64,000 nt of DNA from Antedon mediterranea (lineage: Eukaryota; Animalia; Echinodermata). This document shows, piece after piece, positions 1 to 13,285 of the stretch. The position numbers were made by a program, and so were the translations under genes. Each line of letters begins with the position of its first letter. The first letter of the stretch is position 1. The stretch is from positions 1,302,001 to 1,366,000 of the forward strand of contig NC_092674.1 of NCBI RefSeq assembly GCF_964355755.1. The letters are read 5' to 3'. The notes under the pieces are model-generated. The model was not told the origin of the DNA and searched no databases. It was given only the letters and a program-made list of their open reading frames with translations.

Positions 1-78
1 TTGCATGGCTGAGTGAAACAACTAATTAGCATATTAAATTAAGTTTAGATTGTTGTTTCACATTCTTTTTTTTTCCAG

Positions 79-1458
79 GCTAACTCGCTTGCTACCTTTC
101 TAGTTATCAGACAATTCATGAACTTACAAACAAACCAAAGAAAGGAGACTATGGAACGCCACAGGTTTTATATTATATTATATTATTTATTAAAATAACT
201 ATCTAATCTAAAACACAATGCAAAACAGGTTTTTTGTTTACCTGATGGATAAAGAAGTTCTTTCTTTCTTTTATTTACCCAAAAATAAATTCTAAATAAT
301 GTAAATATAAACAAAACATAAAATATCAAGGGAAGGATTAATCAAGTTCAGCCCCTGATATTGAAGAAGAATAAATAGTTAATAAATAAATAAATAAAGG
401 CAACCTTTCTAAACGTAATATCATATCATAGTAGGGTGTTATCGTCATATATCTATCGCCATTAATTTTTCATCCATGGTCCCATCCATCTCCCTTCCAT
501 CACACCCAATCAATCCATCCATCTCCTTTCCATCACATCCATTCCTTATTTCAATTTTAATTAATATAAGATTTAATATTTGCATTTATTATCGGTCGGT
601 ATTACTTATCATTTGTTAACAGAGCTTGCATTAAAGCCGTCTTATTCTTACAGCCCATACTTGGGCTCACCTGGATTTTCGGACTGATAGCAGGACTATC
701 TGACGATGAACTTTTTTCGTATATGTTTGTAATCTTCAACGGCCTGCAGGTAAGGACGTTTAGCTGTTGGTGTTATAGCAAGAGTTAGTAACGCCGGTTA
801 ATTGCATAGTATAACATTGTGTATTTTGAAAATGTCTTAATAAAAACATGTTTTTGTTTTAAATTTTAGGGTGTATTTATATTTTTTCTTCATTGTCTGG
901 AAAACAATGAGGTATGTATTGATAGACAATGATTTATAATTACACATACGAGCGGTAATTTAGCGGAAAACCGCGTATTGCTTATCCCACGTAGAATCGG
1001 TATCTCTTCTGAGCGGGATTTTCGCTCAACGGCCGCCTGCTCCGCGCTTTGTGTAAATGATTATACATAATATTTAACATAAGATTCTATATATTTTTGT
1101 TTTCCGGCAAGTCTGTGTAAATTGGCCTGATGTGTGTACGGTAATTGCATTTGTAATGTAAAAAACGACTGGGATAATGACGTAGGCCTCATGACTAATC
1201 TACATTCATCCTTAGTTTAATTAAAAGCTTCCTATTCTAATATAGCCTACTGTCATTATTCATCATATGTGGGTGGTGATAAACAGTTAAACATAATTAC
1301 TGTAACATTATTACTGTGACGTCATTTTACAGGTTAAGAAAAAGATCAAACTTCTCCGTGACAAAAGGGCAAGGCGAATTGGCACAAGCAGTTCACAGCA
1401 GACTTTAACAACGCACAGCAGATCAGGCTCAAACCAAACAGCAACATCTCAATTATAA
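79..1458 (+). CDS. Adhesion/secretin-family (class B2) GPCR, 3' part (TM5-TM7 and C-tail); 5' end lies outside the window
   Basis: Exons 79-164, 623-749, 870-911 and 1333-1458 have AG/GT boundaries and consistent phase. Translation includes ACIKAVLFLQPILGLTWIFGL...FSYMFVIFNGLQ|GVFIFFLHCLENNE|VKKKIK, matching the LGLTW and FNxLQGxFIF adhesion-GPCR motifs. It ends ATSQL*. Confidence 0.88.
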
Positions 1459-1689
1459 TCATAGTGGGGGTACAGCTTCACCTGATGGATTCTATGTAGG
1501 CTACTGGACGTATCTTCACCTATTGACATAATTTGTACAGTATCAGGCACATTTCTGTAATACAGTGTAATATATGTATCACATGTGAGGCTTATGGCCT
1601 ATATGATACTGATTATGTGTAGTATACTATGATACAAATTATAGATACCATACAGAGAGCTAAATCAGTACGGTTTGAACAGTGTATAT

Positions 1690-2012
1690 ATGGGGAGGGG
1701 GAGGGGACTTGAATACGAGTCAACGTCGGTACAGCGGGGTGGTGTTATAGGGGGTGGGTGTGCTGTGGGTTGCTATATGGTTGGTGGGGGAGGGGGAAAT
1801 GCTATGGGTTGGGTTGTATTATGGGGGTGGGGTGCTGTTGGTTGCTATATGGTTGGTTGGGGAGGGGGGGGGGGGCAATGCTACACGTTGGGTTGTATTA
1901 TGGGAGTGGGGTGCTGTTGGTTGCTATATATGGTTGGGGGTAATGCTACGGGTTGGGTTGTATTATGGGGGTGGGGGTGCTGTTGGTTGCTATATGGTTT
2001 AGGGGCGGTGCT
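1690..2012. repeat. G-rich degenerate tandem repeat with G-quadruplex potential
   Basis: Repeated ggttgtattatgggggtggggtgctgttggttgctatatggttgg-like units and many G4+ runs. The overlapping ORFs are compositional artefacts. Confidence 0.75.
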
Positions 2013-2863
2013 ACGAACGTATCATTTCTCATCGACATTGTTTGTGAATATTAACTGTATCATATTGATAATATTTTCTTGGATCAAACACGAGAGAATA
2101 ATTATACGTTTCTTTTGAATTATATAATAATCACTGAATTATAAATTATTTATAATTAACTATAATAATTTTCGTTAACATACCAATAATATTTTTTATG
2201 ACAATACTGTCACGTACGGTTTGAGTCAATAAATAATTGTATTGTAATAATAAGATAAAACCTAGAAACTGTTTGTATCCGGGTACTTTACGACGCAATT
2301 ACAATTTAATTGCTATACTATGCACACATTTGTTTGGCTATTGCATTTATATTTTTCAATAAAAAATGATATAAAACGCAAGGTTCGTGTATTTTGTACT
2401 GAAATACTCACATACATATTCATACAGTACAATAAACAGCTGGAAACCAATTTAATCAACTGAGAGAAACAGCATTGTTGGAAAGCAAGAATTATTCATT
2501 TAATCGATTTATGCAACAATTGACAGTGGGCATCATTCAAATAAGCTTATAAATGAATATAATAATAGTCTTTTTTAGAAGAAAAGGGGAGAGGCACTAA
2601 GCTGCTGAAAAGGGATGTTTCACGAAAAACTCTGTCTTATGTGACAACTAAATGTGATGCCCATATATGGACACAATGATGTCACATCACTACCATATTT
2701 GGTAGTTTTATAGTGTAAACAGAGCTTTAGTTTTACTTTCACAATTAAACTGTCATTCATAGCTATAGCTTCTATATTTTGTAATCTATTATGTACAATT
2801 ACTTTCTGTTGAAAAGGACCAACTATATATATTTCAAATGTCAGTATTGCAACACAGGTATAA

Positions 2864-3019
2864 AGATCTGTCTACATTATAAAAGTAGTTTGACAATTCT
2901 GATGTGCCCAAATATGGTAGTGATATCCTCAAATATGGTAATGATATGACATCATCATGTCCATATATGGGCACATCACATTTTGTTGTCACATAAAGTT
3001 TGATAGTGTAGACAGAGCT
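2864..3019. mobile_element. PIF/Harbinger-like MITE family A (representative copy; about 22 copies in the window)
   Basis: TIR agctctgtctacactatcaaact...agtttgatagtgtagacagagct, flanked by TAA/TAA here and TTA/TTA at 5891-6052. The core has gtgatgtgcccatatatggacatgatgatgtcatatcactaccatatttggg. Approximate other copies: 2629-2726, 5891-6052, 8415-8529, 10181-10313, 10601-10769, 17935-18165, 18809-18954, 19790-19946, 25298-25346, 29781-29931, 34835-34926, 35900-36046, 36324-36483, 41017-41160, 42534-42714, 49488-49626, 50276-50399, 52216-52348, 52746-52909, 53785-53890, 54490-54654. The 3-bp TWA TSD is typical of PIF/Harbinger. Confidence 0.88.
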
Positions 3020-3310
3020 TAAGCAATGAATGCTGAAGTAAGTACTACAAAACACGTACAATTTTATGATAGCAGCTAAAATTAAACAAGAAGAGGTTTA
3101 CAACTGGTTAACAACTGGTTATAACATAATGATTCATGAGTACATTACAATGACATTTACCTGTCAAACATCAAATCTAAGTATGTACTTAAAAATGTCC
3201 TACAATTGGTTTAATAAATAATAATTTGTCCAACATAACTTGTTGATTCTTAATAAAAAGTCTATCCTCATTCCTCCAGTCCATTAGAGAATGAGTAAGT
3301 ACTCATGTTG

Positions 3311-3743
3311 GTCACTCATTAAAGTACAAGTCTGTCCTCTTGATCATCTCTAATCATGGTTGCTGAGTCTCCTTTTTGTTTTCCTTTATTCAGATAACAT
3401 CGCGTCTTGCACTCCATGTCAGTCACTCATTAAAGCACAAGTCTGTCCTCTTGATCATCTCTAATCATCGTTGCTGAGTCTCCTTTTTGTTTTCCTTTAT
3501 TCAGATAACATCGCGTCTTGCACTCCATGTCAGTCACTCATTAAAGCACAAGTCTGTCCTCTTGATCATCTCTAATCATCGTTGCTGAGTCTCCTTTTCC
3601 TTTATTCAGATAACATCGCGTCTTGCACTCCATGTCAGTCACTCATTAAAGCACAAGTCTGTCCTCTTGATCATCTCTAATCATGGTTGCTGAGTCTCCT
3701 TTTTGTTTTCCTTTATTCAGATAACATCGTGTCTTGCACTCCA
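3311..3743 (-). repeat. Four-copy 111-bp tandem duplication of the IFT81 C-terminal coding end into its 3'UTR
   Basis: Units start at 3311, 3422, 3533 (6-bp deletion) and 3638. The last unit is the real coding end. Confidence 0.92.
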
Positions 3744-6700
3744 TTAGCACTTGGAAATCTTTCCACATTTTAATTTGTTTCATACTCGGCCCGTAGTTCT
3801 CCTTGATTGCCTTTTGCTTTTCACGTAAACTCTGAAATAAAATCAAAATAATTATTCATTTTCAATTCAATTTATCATTTGCATAATTTTGTTGAGGTAT
3901 GAATAATTTAATAATCACTCAAAACTGAATGGAATACATCATGGATAAAGGAGTATACCAAAATACATCAGGGATAAAGGAGTATACCAAAATACATCAG
4001 GGATAAAGGAGTATACCAAAATACATCAGGGATAAAGGAGTATACCAAAATACATCAGGGATAAAGGAGTATACCAAAATACATCAGGGATAAATGAGTA
4101 TACCAAAATACATCAGGGATAAAGGAGTATACCAAAATACATCAGGGATAAAGGAGTATACCAAAATACATCAGGGATAAAGGAGTATACCAAAATACAT
4201 CAGGGATAAAGGAGTATACCAAAATACATCAGAGATAAAGGAGTATACCAAAATACATCAGGGATAAAGGAGTATACCAAAATACATCAGGGATAAAGGA
4301 GTATACCAAAATACATCAGGGATAAAGGAGTATACCAAAATACATCAGGGATAAAGGAGTATACCAAAATACATCAGGGATAAAGGAGTATACCAAAATA
4401 CATCAGGGATAAAGGAGTATACCAAAATACATCAGGGATAAAGGAGTATACCAAAATACATCAGGGATAAAGGAGTATACCAAAATACATCAGGGATAAA
4501 GGAGTATACCAAAATACATCAGGGATAAATGAGTATACCAAAATACATCAGGGATAAATGAGTATACCAAAATACATCAGGGATAAAGGAGTATACCAAA
4601 ATACATCAGGGATAAAGGAGTATACCAAAATACATCAGGGATAAAGGAGTATACCAAAATACATCAGGGATAAAGGAGTATACCAAAATACATCAGGGAT
4701 AAAGGAGTATACCAAAATACATCAGGGATAAAGGAGTATACCAAAATACATCAGGGATAAAGGAGTATACCAAAATACATCAGGGATAAAGGAGTATACC
4801 AAAATACATCAGGGATAAATGAGTATACCAAAATACATCAGGGATAAAGGAGTATACCAAAATACATCAGGGATAAAGGAGTATACCAAAATACATCAGG
4901 GATAAAGGAGTATACCAAAATACATCAGGGATAAAGGAGTATACCAAAATACATCAGGGATAAAGGAGTATACCAAAATACATCAGGGATAAAGGAGTAT
5001 ACCAAAATACATCAGGGATAAAGGAGTATACCAAAATACATCAGGGATAAAGGAGTATACCAAAATACATCAGGGATAAAGGAGTATACCAAAATACATC
5101 AGGGATAAAGGAGTATACCAAAATACATCAGGGATAAAGGAGTATACCAAAATACATCAGGGATAAAGGAGTATACCAAAATACATCAGGGATAAAGGAG
5201 TATACCAAAATACATCAGGGATAAAGGAGTATACCAAAATACATCAGGGATAAAGGAGTATACCAAAATACATCAGGGATAAAGGAGTATACCAAAATAC
5301 ATCAGGGATAAAGGAGTATACCAAAATACATCAGGGATAAAGGAGTATACCAAAATACATCAGGGATAAAGGAGTATACCAAAATACATCAGGGATAAAG
5401 GAGTATACCAAAATACATCAGGGATAAAGGAGTATACCAAAATACATCAGGGATAAAGGAGTATACCAAAATACATCAGGGATAAAGGAGTATACCAAAA
5501 TACATCAGGGATAAAGGAGTATACCAAAATACATCAGGGATAAAGGAGTATACCAAAATACATCAGGGATAAAGGAGTATACCAAAATACATCAGGGATA
5601 AAGGAGTATACCAAAATACATCAGGGATAAAGGAGTATACCAAAATACATCAGGGATAAAGGAGTATACCAAAATACATCAGGGATAAAGGAGTATACCA
5701 AAATACATCAGGGATAAATGAGTATACCAAAATACATCAGGGATAAAGGAGTATACCAAAATACATCAGGGATAAAGGAGTATACCAAAATACATCAGGG
5801 ATAAAGGAGTATACCAAAATACATCAGGGATAAAGGAGTATACCAAAAATATAATAAAATTATTTGCTCAATTGGAGACCTGTTGTCTTAGGCTCTGTCT
5901 ACACTATCAATCTAGTTTGACAAAAAAAAAGTTTGATGTGCCCAAATATGATAGTGGTATGCTAAAATATGGTAGTGATATGACCTCATCATGTCAATAT
6001 ATGGGCACATCCCATTTTTTGTAACATTAAGTTTTATAGTGTAAACAGATCTTTATGAAGTAGAGTTTAAGCAAGTTTAAACCATATTAACTAAAAGATG
6101 TAGAGATTATATATGGTATAGTGGAACTAGGTCCTATAAAATAATAAAAGTTTGTTAAAAGTTACCTTGCCAAGGTTCTCTTGTTCTTGTATTTTTTTGG
6201 AGTAAAGTTCTCTGTAAGATTTCTTCTTGTCTTGCGGGTTGACGTACGACTTCACTTCCTCTTCAACTCGTTTCTGTTGAAGCAGCAAGATGTTACGCAT
6301 ACAGTTCAAATAATGGAATCTGCTTTCCTCCTGAGAACATTCCTCTCGAAATGCTTTTACGTCCTAAAGATGACAAATAAAATCAGTTGACTGTAGTAGT
6401 AGCTAGTAGGGCCTAATAGACGTATAAGTAGCCCCCAGCAGGCCAGGTAATTACCAATGCCACCTTTACCTTAGTTATTGGGAGAGTTGAATGTATAGTT
6501 TGAATGGTTCTGTGTCATTAATCTAATGCAGACTGCAGTGACATTTTTTTAAATAACAATATTTCTTAATGATAGACTATGTTCAAAGCTGTATACAAAT
6601 GTGTTGGAAAATTCGGGCCCTTTGAAAAGTTGGGTTTTGCGAAAACTTAATAATAGTGAGGTTTTGCAATCTTACAAAAATGGATACGTCACGCACACGT

Positions 6701-9700
6701 ATTCGTTGTCGTAAGCATGGCAACGAAATATTGAGGGTGCCGTCCAAAATATGACTGCTGTAAATTTGAGAACAATTATCTTGTACCTGTTCTAGCTTAG
6801 AGCAGTTGCTGTCCAAGCCAGCTGCCAGAGTATCATAAGAGCTCTTCTTCTCTGTGTGTGCTATTTGTATCTCTTGATGTTTCTGTCGCATTGGTCTCAG
6901 CTCTTTGATGACTGGTGCCAATGCAGACTTCTTAGATGCGATCTTGGAATTTAGACGATGAACCTAAAACGAAAAAATTTATTTGGTTTTTTTTTCAATC
7001 TTTCGACAATCACAAACAAAAAAGTTGAACGGGGCTGTCGAGGTAAAGCAAAAGTTTAAAAAACTGCCATCAAAAGATGTGCTTTGTGTTTTTATATATT
7101 TAGGCAAATTGCCAAGGATAACCATAAGCAAATTCATTCACTATCCTTCTTAAAGGTGGCAATCCTGTATGAGGAACACAGTTTAAAATAAGAAATTATC
7201 AAATACTTCTATAAATTCATTTCTTTCAAGAACGGACAGAAAATAGGACAAACTGAATCAAGAAGGTGTTGAAGCCACTAATAGTGATCAATTTAAGGAG
7301 ATCATCATTTACAAAAATCCACTCTTCCTGGGCCTAGACTTCCTAATGAAAGTACTTAAACAATACATTTGAGTTTTATCAATAAATGTCAAAAACAATA
7401 AATGTGTTCGTTTTACTCACCATATCTGATATATCCTCCAATGTTCGTCCTTTCATATCGTCCAGCTCACTTTTCATCGTTGACACTTTTTCTAGTTCTT
7501 CCTGGGTGTCATGGTAACCAGAGATTCCTTTCTTTGCTTCAAGTTCAGACTGAAATAAAATAATTTAATTTTTTTTTAAATCAACAAACTCATACCGGAC
7601 AAAAATATCTCTAACAATGAGCCTAGTTGTTTGGTTATAAGACAATCCTGGAACAAGGGCAGGATTTGGACCCATTACCCTAGATTGATAAGCAAACATG
7701 TTTACCACTAAGCTACAGTGTTGTTACGATCTTATAGTAAAACTTACAAGATTCCTTTGGATGGCGTTATCCTTCTGTTTCAAGATCTCTTCTGTTCTCG
7801 ACAGAATGCCAAGTTCCGAGCGGAGTTCTGCCAAGATTTGCCGCTTCTTCTTATACATCGTACTCATACCTCGTAGTTTATTGACATATCTTTTGAACTG
7901 AAAGACAAAAATGTTAATAGTAAGAGAAACACAATGACATCTAGGACCATCAAATTCTTAAGTAGAATTGTAATAACATAAAAAAAACTAAGGTATTCGT
8001 ATGAGGTATATATAGCACTAATGCGGTATTATATAGCACTGATACAGTGTTATCTTGCCCTAATATGGTGTTATATCGCCCTAATACGTTGTTATATCAC
8101 CCTAATATAGTAATATAAAGATACAACAAAATTAACTTCTTACTTCATCCCCTTTTAACACTTCTTCTCCTTGCAATCCTTTCACGGTTTCTCGCTTCTC
8201 ATTTATCTCTTGTCGCAGCGACATAACCTCATCCTTCGCATCTTTCAAGCTCTCAGCAGCGCCCTCTTTCTTGCGTGCAATGATAGATGCTTGCTGCCGA
8301 AACAGTGACACTTTGTCGTCCAAGGGATCATTCCTCATCATCCGCTTTTCAATTAGTCCATTGATTTCAGAGTTCAAATCTTTAATCTGTAAAGAAAGTA
8401 AATTAAATGTTTAAAGCTGTACACTATCAAACTAGTTTGACAAAAAAGTGTCCAAATATGGTAGTGATATGACATCATCATGCCTATATATGGGCACATC
8501 AAATAACGTTTGATAGTGTGGACAGAGCTTTAGATCGTATAATGATAAGCTTGAACAATGCGTGTGTCAATACTTAAATATCCAAAATGTTTGTTTTTTA
8601 AATATCCAAAATGTTTGTTTTTTAAATAATATTATAATGAATTCTCACCTGTCCATACAGATCATCCAGGTCAGCCTGACCCATTGCAGGCTCATGCACG
8701 ACCTTCTCCAGGTCCCTACAAGCTTTCCGCTTGTTCTCAATCTCCTTTGGTAGTTTATCTTGACATAAATATGCATTTACTTTGTTTTCTTCATCAAGCT
8801 TCTGAATAAGACCTGAGTATGAAAGACAAATAAGAAATAATCAACTAATCAATTTAAGGTACACCAACCAAAGGACAAGGATCTATTTAGGTGTTACCAA
8901 CATTTTCCTGGATTGGCCCAAAAGTCTCGTTTTCTGTAAATTCTCGTTTACAGAATAAATCTTAAATTGCAGAAAAGAATTACCTTCTGGGGTTGAGCCA
9001 ACTGTTGCTTGTTTTAAATCTCTTAGTTGTTGTTGAATCCTCTTGTATCGTTGTTCAGATTGGTGAAGCTAAGAGAGGTTACAAACAGTAGTGAGTACAA
9101 CTCAAATACCTGGATGATGTCTTATATCTTAGTCAAATGTTAACTAATAAATGCAGTGCTAACCACAGCCAGTTGTTAATTACATTACGACAGTACTATT
9201 ACTAAATCTAAATCTTTTTTTAGATTATACAATACTAACACAAATTGCTTACTTACTAACTCTAACAAATGGAATAAAATAGTTACATCAACCTTACCTG
9301 ATTTCTCTGCTCTAGCTTCTGCTGGCCTTGTTCTGCCTGTTTCTCTTGTTCAAGCCGAAAGCTTCTTGCAATCTCAATATTCTTCTCATAATTTGGTATG
9401 GTATCGATCTAAAATAATTTTACAGATATGATATTTAAACAATTGTATTTAATACCATCCAATAAAAGTTCTATTTACTTAACATTAATCATAACAATTT
9501 ACAATACAATCATATAACTTTTTTGATTTTCAAACAATATTAATATGTATTTCATAGCATGTTTAGCTTAGAGCTATTGTTTTGAAAATGTTTATGTATT
9601 TACAATATACCGCAATAAATATATATTTTTTTTTTTCCTTTTTTTAAAAAGACTAATTTGAACATAGAGAGTTCAGAATAACTGTACCCACATTGTAGGA

Positions 9701-11598
9701 CATATTTAGAAAAAAAAACCCAAAAACTTAACCTTTTTCTTGAGTCTTTCAATTCTCTTTGATAGTTGTTCCTTCTCTTCATCCATGTGCGAGATGTCCT
9801 TCTTGATGTCAGATGTGGAATAGTTGGATTTCTTCAACTCTTCAGCTTCTTTGTGAAGTACTTTAAACTGGCCCATCATATCATCATACTATACCAATAT
9901 AAAGATAAAATATTAGTATATGTTTATAGCAGACTATAAAGTCAATTTTGCAATACCAGACACCTTTGAGCTCGCCCAATATGTCAAATTTTCCTGAAAG
10001 TCTGATATTCAGAATGCATTTTATTTGTAAAAATAAATTTGGGACCTTTTTGTAGTACTAATATATTATTTATCACCATGATTCATATATTTCAAAAAAA
10101 AAATAAAAAATTGGTTTCAAATCATTAAAATAGTATATTCAGTTACAGAAATTGAGTTGTTACACTAAGGAATACTCTAAAGCCTTGTCTACACTATTAA
10201 ACTTTATGTGACAAAAAAATTGAATTGTCCATAATATGGACATGATGTAAAATCACTACCATATTTGGGTATATCACTACCATAATTGGGCACATCACAC
10301 CTAGTTTGACAGTGCTCTAGAACTTGTCTAGTGAATCCTTTCTACCTGTGCCATGGCATCTGCTACATTACTATCTGACATGACATCAGGAGGGCATTCA
10401 ATCTTCACCAGAAAGCGTGCCAAGTACGCTCGCTTCTTTACTTCGGGCATCTTCTGGAAAAGCCACACTAATATTTCATAGACAACTGGTTTGTTGGCCG
10501 TCACCAGTCCTTGTCGAAAGGCTTGCCTGTGAAAACAATCATTGTTGTTTACTCATCAGTAAGCCTAGACGCATACAATGTGTATCTATTAGTGGACTTA
10601 AGCCTTGTCTACACTATCAAACTTCATGTGAAATAAAATGTGATGTCTGTGCCCATATATGGACGGGATGATGTCATATCACTACCATATTTAGGCAAAT
10701 CACTATTATATTTGGGCACATCACTACCATATTTGGGGACATAACACTTTTGATAGTGTAGACAGGGCATTAAGCATAGGGTAGTTTGCAGTGATTGGCA
10801 GGTTTCAATTGCTTTGTAGTTCTAAATTGTAAGATTCTTTTTAGCAGGCTCTTAAGTTTAAGTTATAGTTTTGCAGTGTTGGAATTACAAAAAAAAATGT
10901 AAGATAGTGTGATTCCAATCAATAACATAATTTCTGTGTATATTTTATATGCAAATGTTGAATGAATGAATTGACAGGAACTGTATTGACATAACTGATT
11001 AACAATCACATATCAGTAGATTCTTATTTCTATAATCTTTAATTTTTGTCTAAATATAGGGTATTTTCGAGTACAGAAATGTACATACACTTCTTGAGAT
11101 GGTTTGTAACGCAGATATTTTAATTCCGTCATGACTCTCACGGCCGTTTGATCAGCTCCTTCCTCTCGTATATCCATCTTATTCTGGAAAAAAATAATTA
11201 TAATTTTCAAATGTTTATTAACATTTTTCAGATCAAATATATACACAATCTCATTATTTTAGATCTATACAAACATGAATATATTTTATACCACAAAATA
11301 TTTTGCAGAGAAATTATTTTGAAGGTTTGTTAGGGATCAAGTAAAAGCACCAATCACGAGTCGATTATAGATGATTTATTGAGTAGTGATTGGTCCAACT
11401 ACTTTACAAGTGAAGGGTTCATAAGCATGCTGTGTGAATCCAGTATTACTGTACCTGTGGACTGATCTCTGCAAGAACATCATTGAGAACTTGAAGCAGC
11501 TGGATGGGTGTAAGTGAATCAAAGCTAATCAAGTTGTAGCTACGACTATACGGAGGCTGGTTCAGCTGCTCCACAATGTACTTGAGAGATTCATTCAT
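3646..11598 (-). CDS. IFT81: Intraflagellar transport protein 81 (about 672 aa, 13 coding exons)
   Basis: Exons 11455-11598, 11089-11183, 10346-10526, 9733-9888, 9298-9408, 8984-9068, 8649-8812, 8144-8386, 7748-7897, 7421-7549, 6787-6963, 6166-6363 and 3646-3831 sum to 2019 nt. N-terminus [45 protein letters not shown], internal [13 protein letters not shown] and C-terminus [16 protein letters not shown]...EDRLVL resemble IFT81. A probable 5'UTR exon donor lies near 12030. Confidence 0.95.
3932..5848. repeat. 29-bp minisatellite, about 66 copies, in the last IFT81 intron
   Basis: Unit aaaatacatcagggataaaggagtatacc is near-perfect, with an occasional ataaatgag variant. Confidence 0.97.
5891..6052. 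mobile_element. MITE family A copy
   Basis: ggctctgtctacactatcaa...tagtgtaaacagatct with TTA on both sides. Confidence 0.85.
10601..10769. mobile_element. MITE family A copy
   Basis: agccttgtctacactatcaaa...tttgatagtgtagacagggc in an IFT81 intron. Confidence 0.85.
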
Positions 11599-13090
11599 GA
11601 TTTATTACACTGCACGTCTAAATGGATCAATCAAAACCTTTAAAAAAATCAAGAAAATAAAAATAATAAAATCGTGAGAAAGGTAAAAGGACGCCGATCG
11701 ATGATGGTGTAAGTTAATAAATTATTAGATAGGCCTAGCTAGTGGTATAGCTAAGTTAGGCAAATTTATATATAACAACAAATAAAAAATTCTCGTAGGG
11801 GGGGGGGGGGGGGCTAGGCTATGCCTATTTCTGCCATTCACAACCCACTACTAATACTACTGGGTTAGGCTGCAGCATGATATGAATACCGCGCCTGCTG
11901 CTGTCAACGAACAACTTGCTAGGCTAGCCTAGCCTACAATAATACAAAGGCCTAGCCTAGCTGTGAACCAGTTTATTATGCAATTTAACACGATCTATAT
12001 TTTAATATAAATGTATAGGTATGTGACTTACCCAACAATTTCAATTTTATTTGTTTTTTATAGCGTAAAAAGTATGTTTAATTCAACACAATCTGTACCG
12101 CTTTACGTTTCCATGTAAGGAATTTGTGTTGTCCGGAACATAATTGAGTAGCCGTTTTGGTGTTCTGGGAATGTTATCTTCTTCTTTTTCCGATATGTAT
12201 GGAACGCGGAAAGCGTTTTTATTGCCTTTTTATATAGTATATGTAGCACGAAAAATATGCCGTTTCAGAACTTTGAAGGAAGCTAAACTTTGAAACACAA
12301 CTAGTACAATTATAACTATCATATATATTTCTTCAGTTATTTATTCCAAGTTTGTGTGATTCCTTACTAGCAATATTGATTTTCTTTTAGTAAAAATGTT
12401 TTTGTATTTCATTTTCTTGTATGGTCTTCACCAAACTATATACTGTAGTATAACAATTTAATCTTTTATATAGTAAAACATAACAGTTGTAAGCATATTT
12501 ACATTATAATTGTATTAAACATGACAACACACAATTGTAGCTTGGTGGTTTTACCTTTTCCTACAAATCCTCTGGGTTTATTAAATTCTCTTTGACACAA
12601 AAAACTCAAAATTAATAAGATTCGCAAACATACCATAGCAGACAGAATCAATTATACTACTGTAAACTTTTAATAACTGTGTATTAAACCTTGTTTGCTA
12701 CAACTTTTTCCCATTTATTGAAGCAACAAAAAGAAAGATTAATATCGCTAGTACAGTAGTACACAAAGGAGGCAACAATAGAACATAAACAGCATTTGTA
12801 TTTGTTTTAAAAACAATATATAAAATAAAAATCAATCAATTCTCCAATAACATAATTAGTACATAATGATGTCATAATCATTGATTTTAAATGAATTAAA
12901 TACAGTGTATGATTTAAACTTGATTATACAGTTGAATATAAACATTAACTTTTAATGGCAAAGTTCTAAAATAATCAACAGTTTTGTTTGTTTTTGCTTT
13001 TCCCAAAGTGCTTCCTATTATAATTTTGCACACCTTGGGGAGAGAGTGAGTGTGTATATTCTCTTTATGTACACATTGATGAGAGAGTAA

Positions 13091-13269
13091 AGCTTGGTTC
13101 CCACTAGAACGTAACGCAAGGACGTAAACGCAATGCAAGCGTTTTAACCAATGACAAGCGAAGTTATAGACAGTTAGCAATCACAAGCGAATAAGCCATC
13201 GCTTGTGATTGGTCAATTCACTTGCGTTGCATTACGTCCTTGTGTTGCGTCGCTAGTGGGAACTACGCT
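13091..13269. mobile_element. MITE family B (Harbinger-like), palindromic
   Basis: taa|agcttggttcccactag...ctagtgggaactacgct|tta with internal inverted acgcaaggacgta/tacgtccttgtgt. A second copy is at about 51852-52005. Confidence 0.8.
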
Positions 13270-13285
13270 TTAGCAAGTATTCAAT

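Noticed and set aside
1675-2118. Gly/Trp/Cys-rich ORFs
   Set aside because: Low-complexity G-rich repeat downstream of the GPCR stop, with no splice or domain support.
3932-5848. CRISPR-like appearance of the 29-bp array (also the 43-, 33- and 65-bp arrays)
   Set aside because: Units are contiguous with no unique spacers and no cas genes, and they sit in eukaryotic introns. They are minisatellites.
12105-12142. RFX X-box candidates for ciliary IFT81 (gtttccatgtaagg, gttgtccggaac)
   Set aside because: Only half-site matches, which cannot be supported without a PWM scan.
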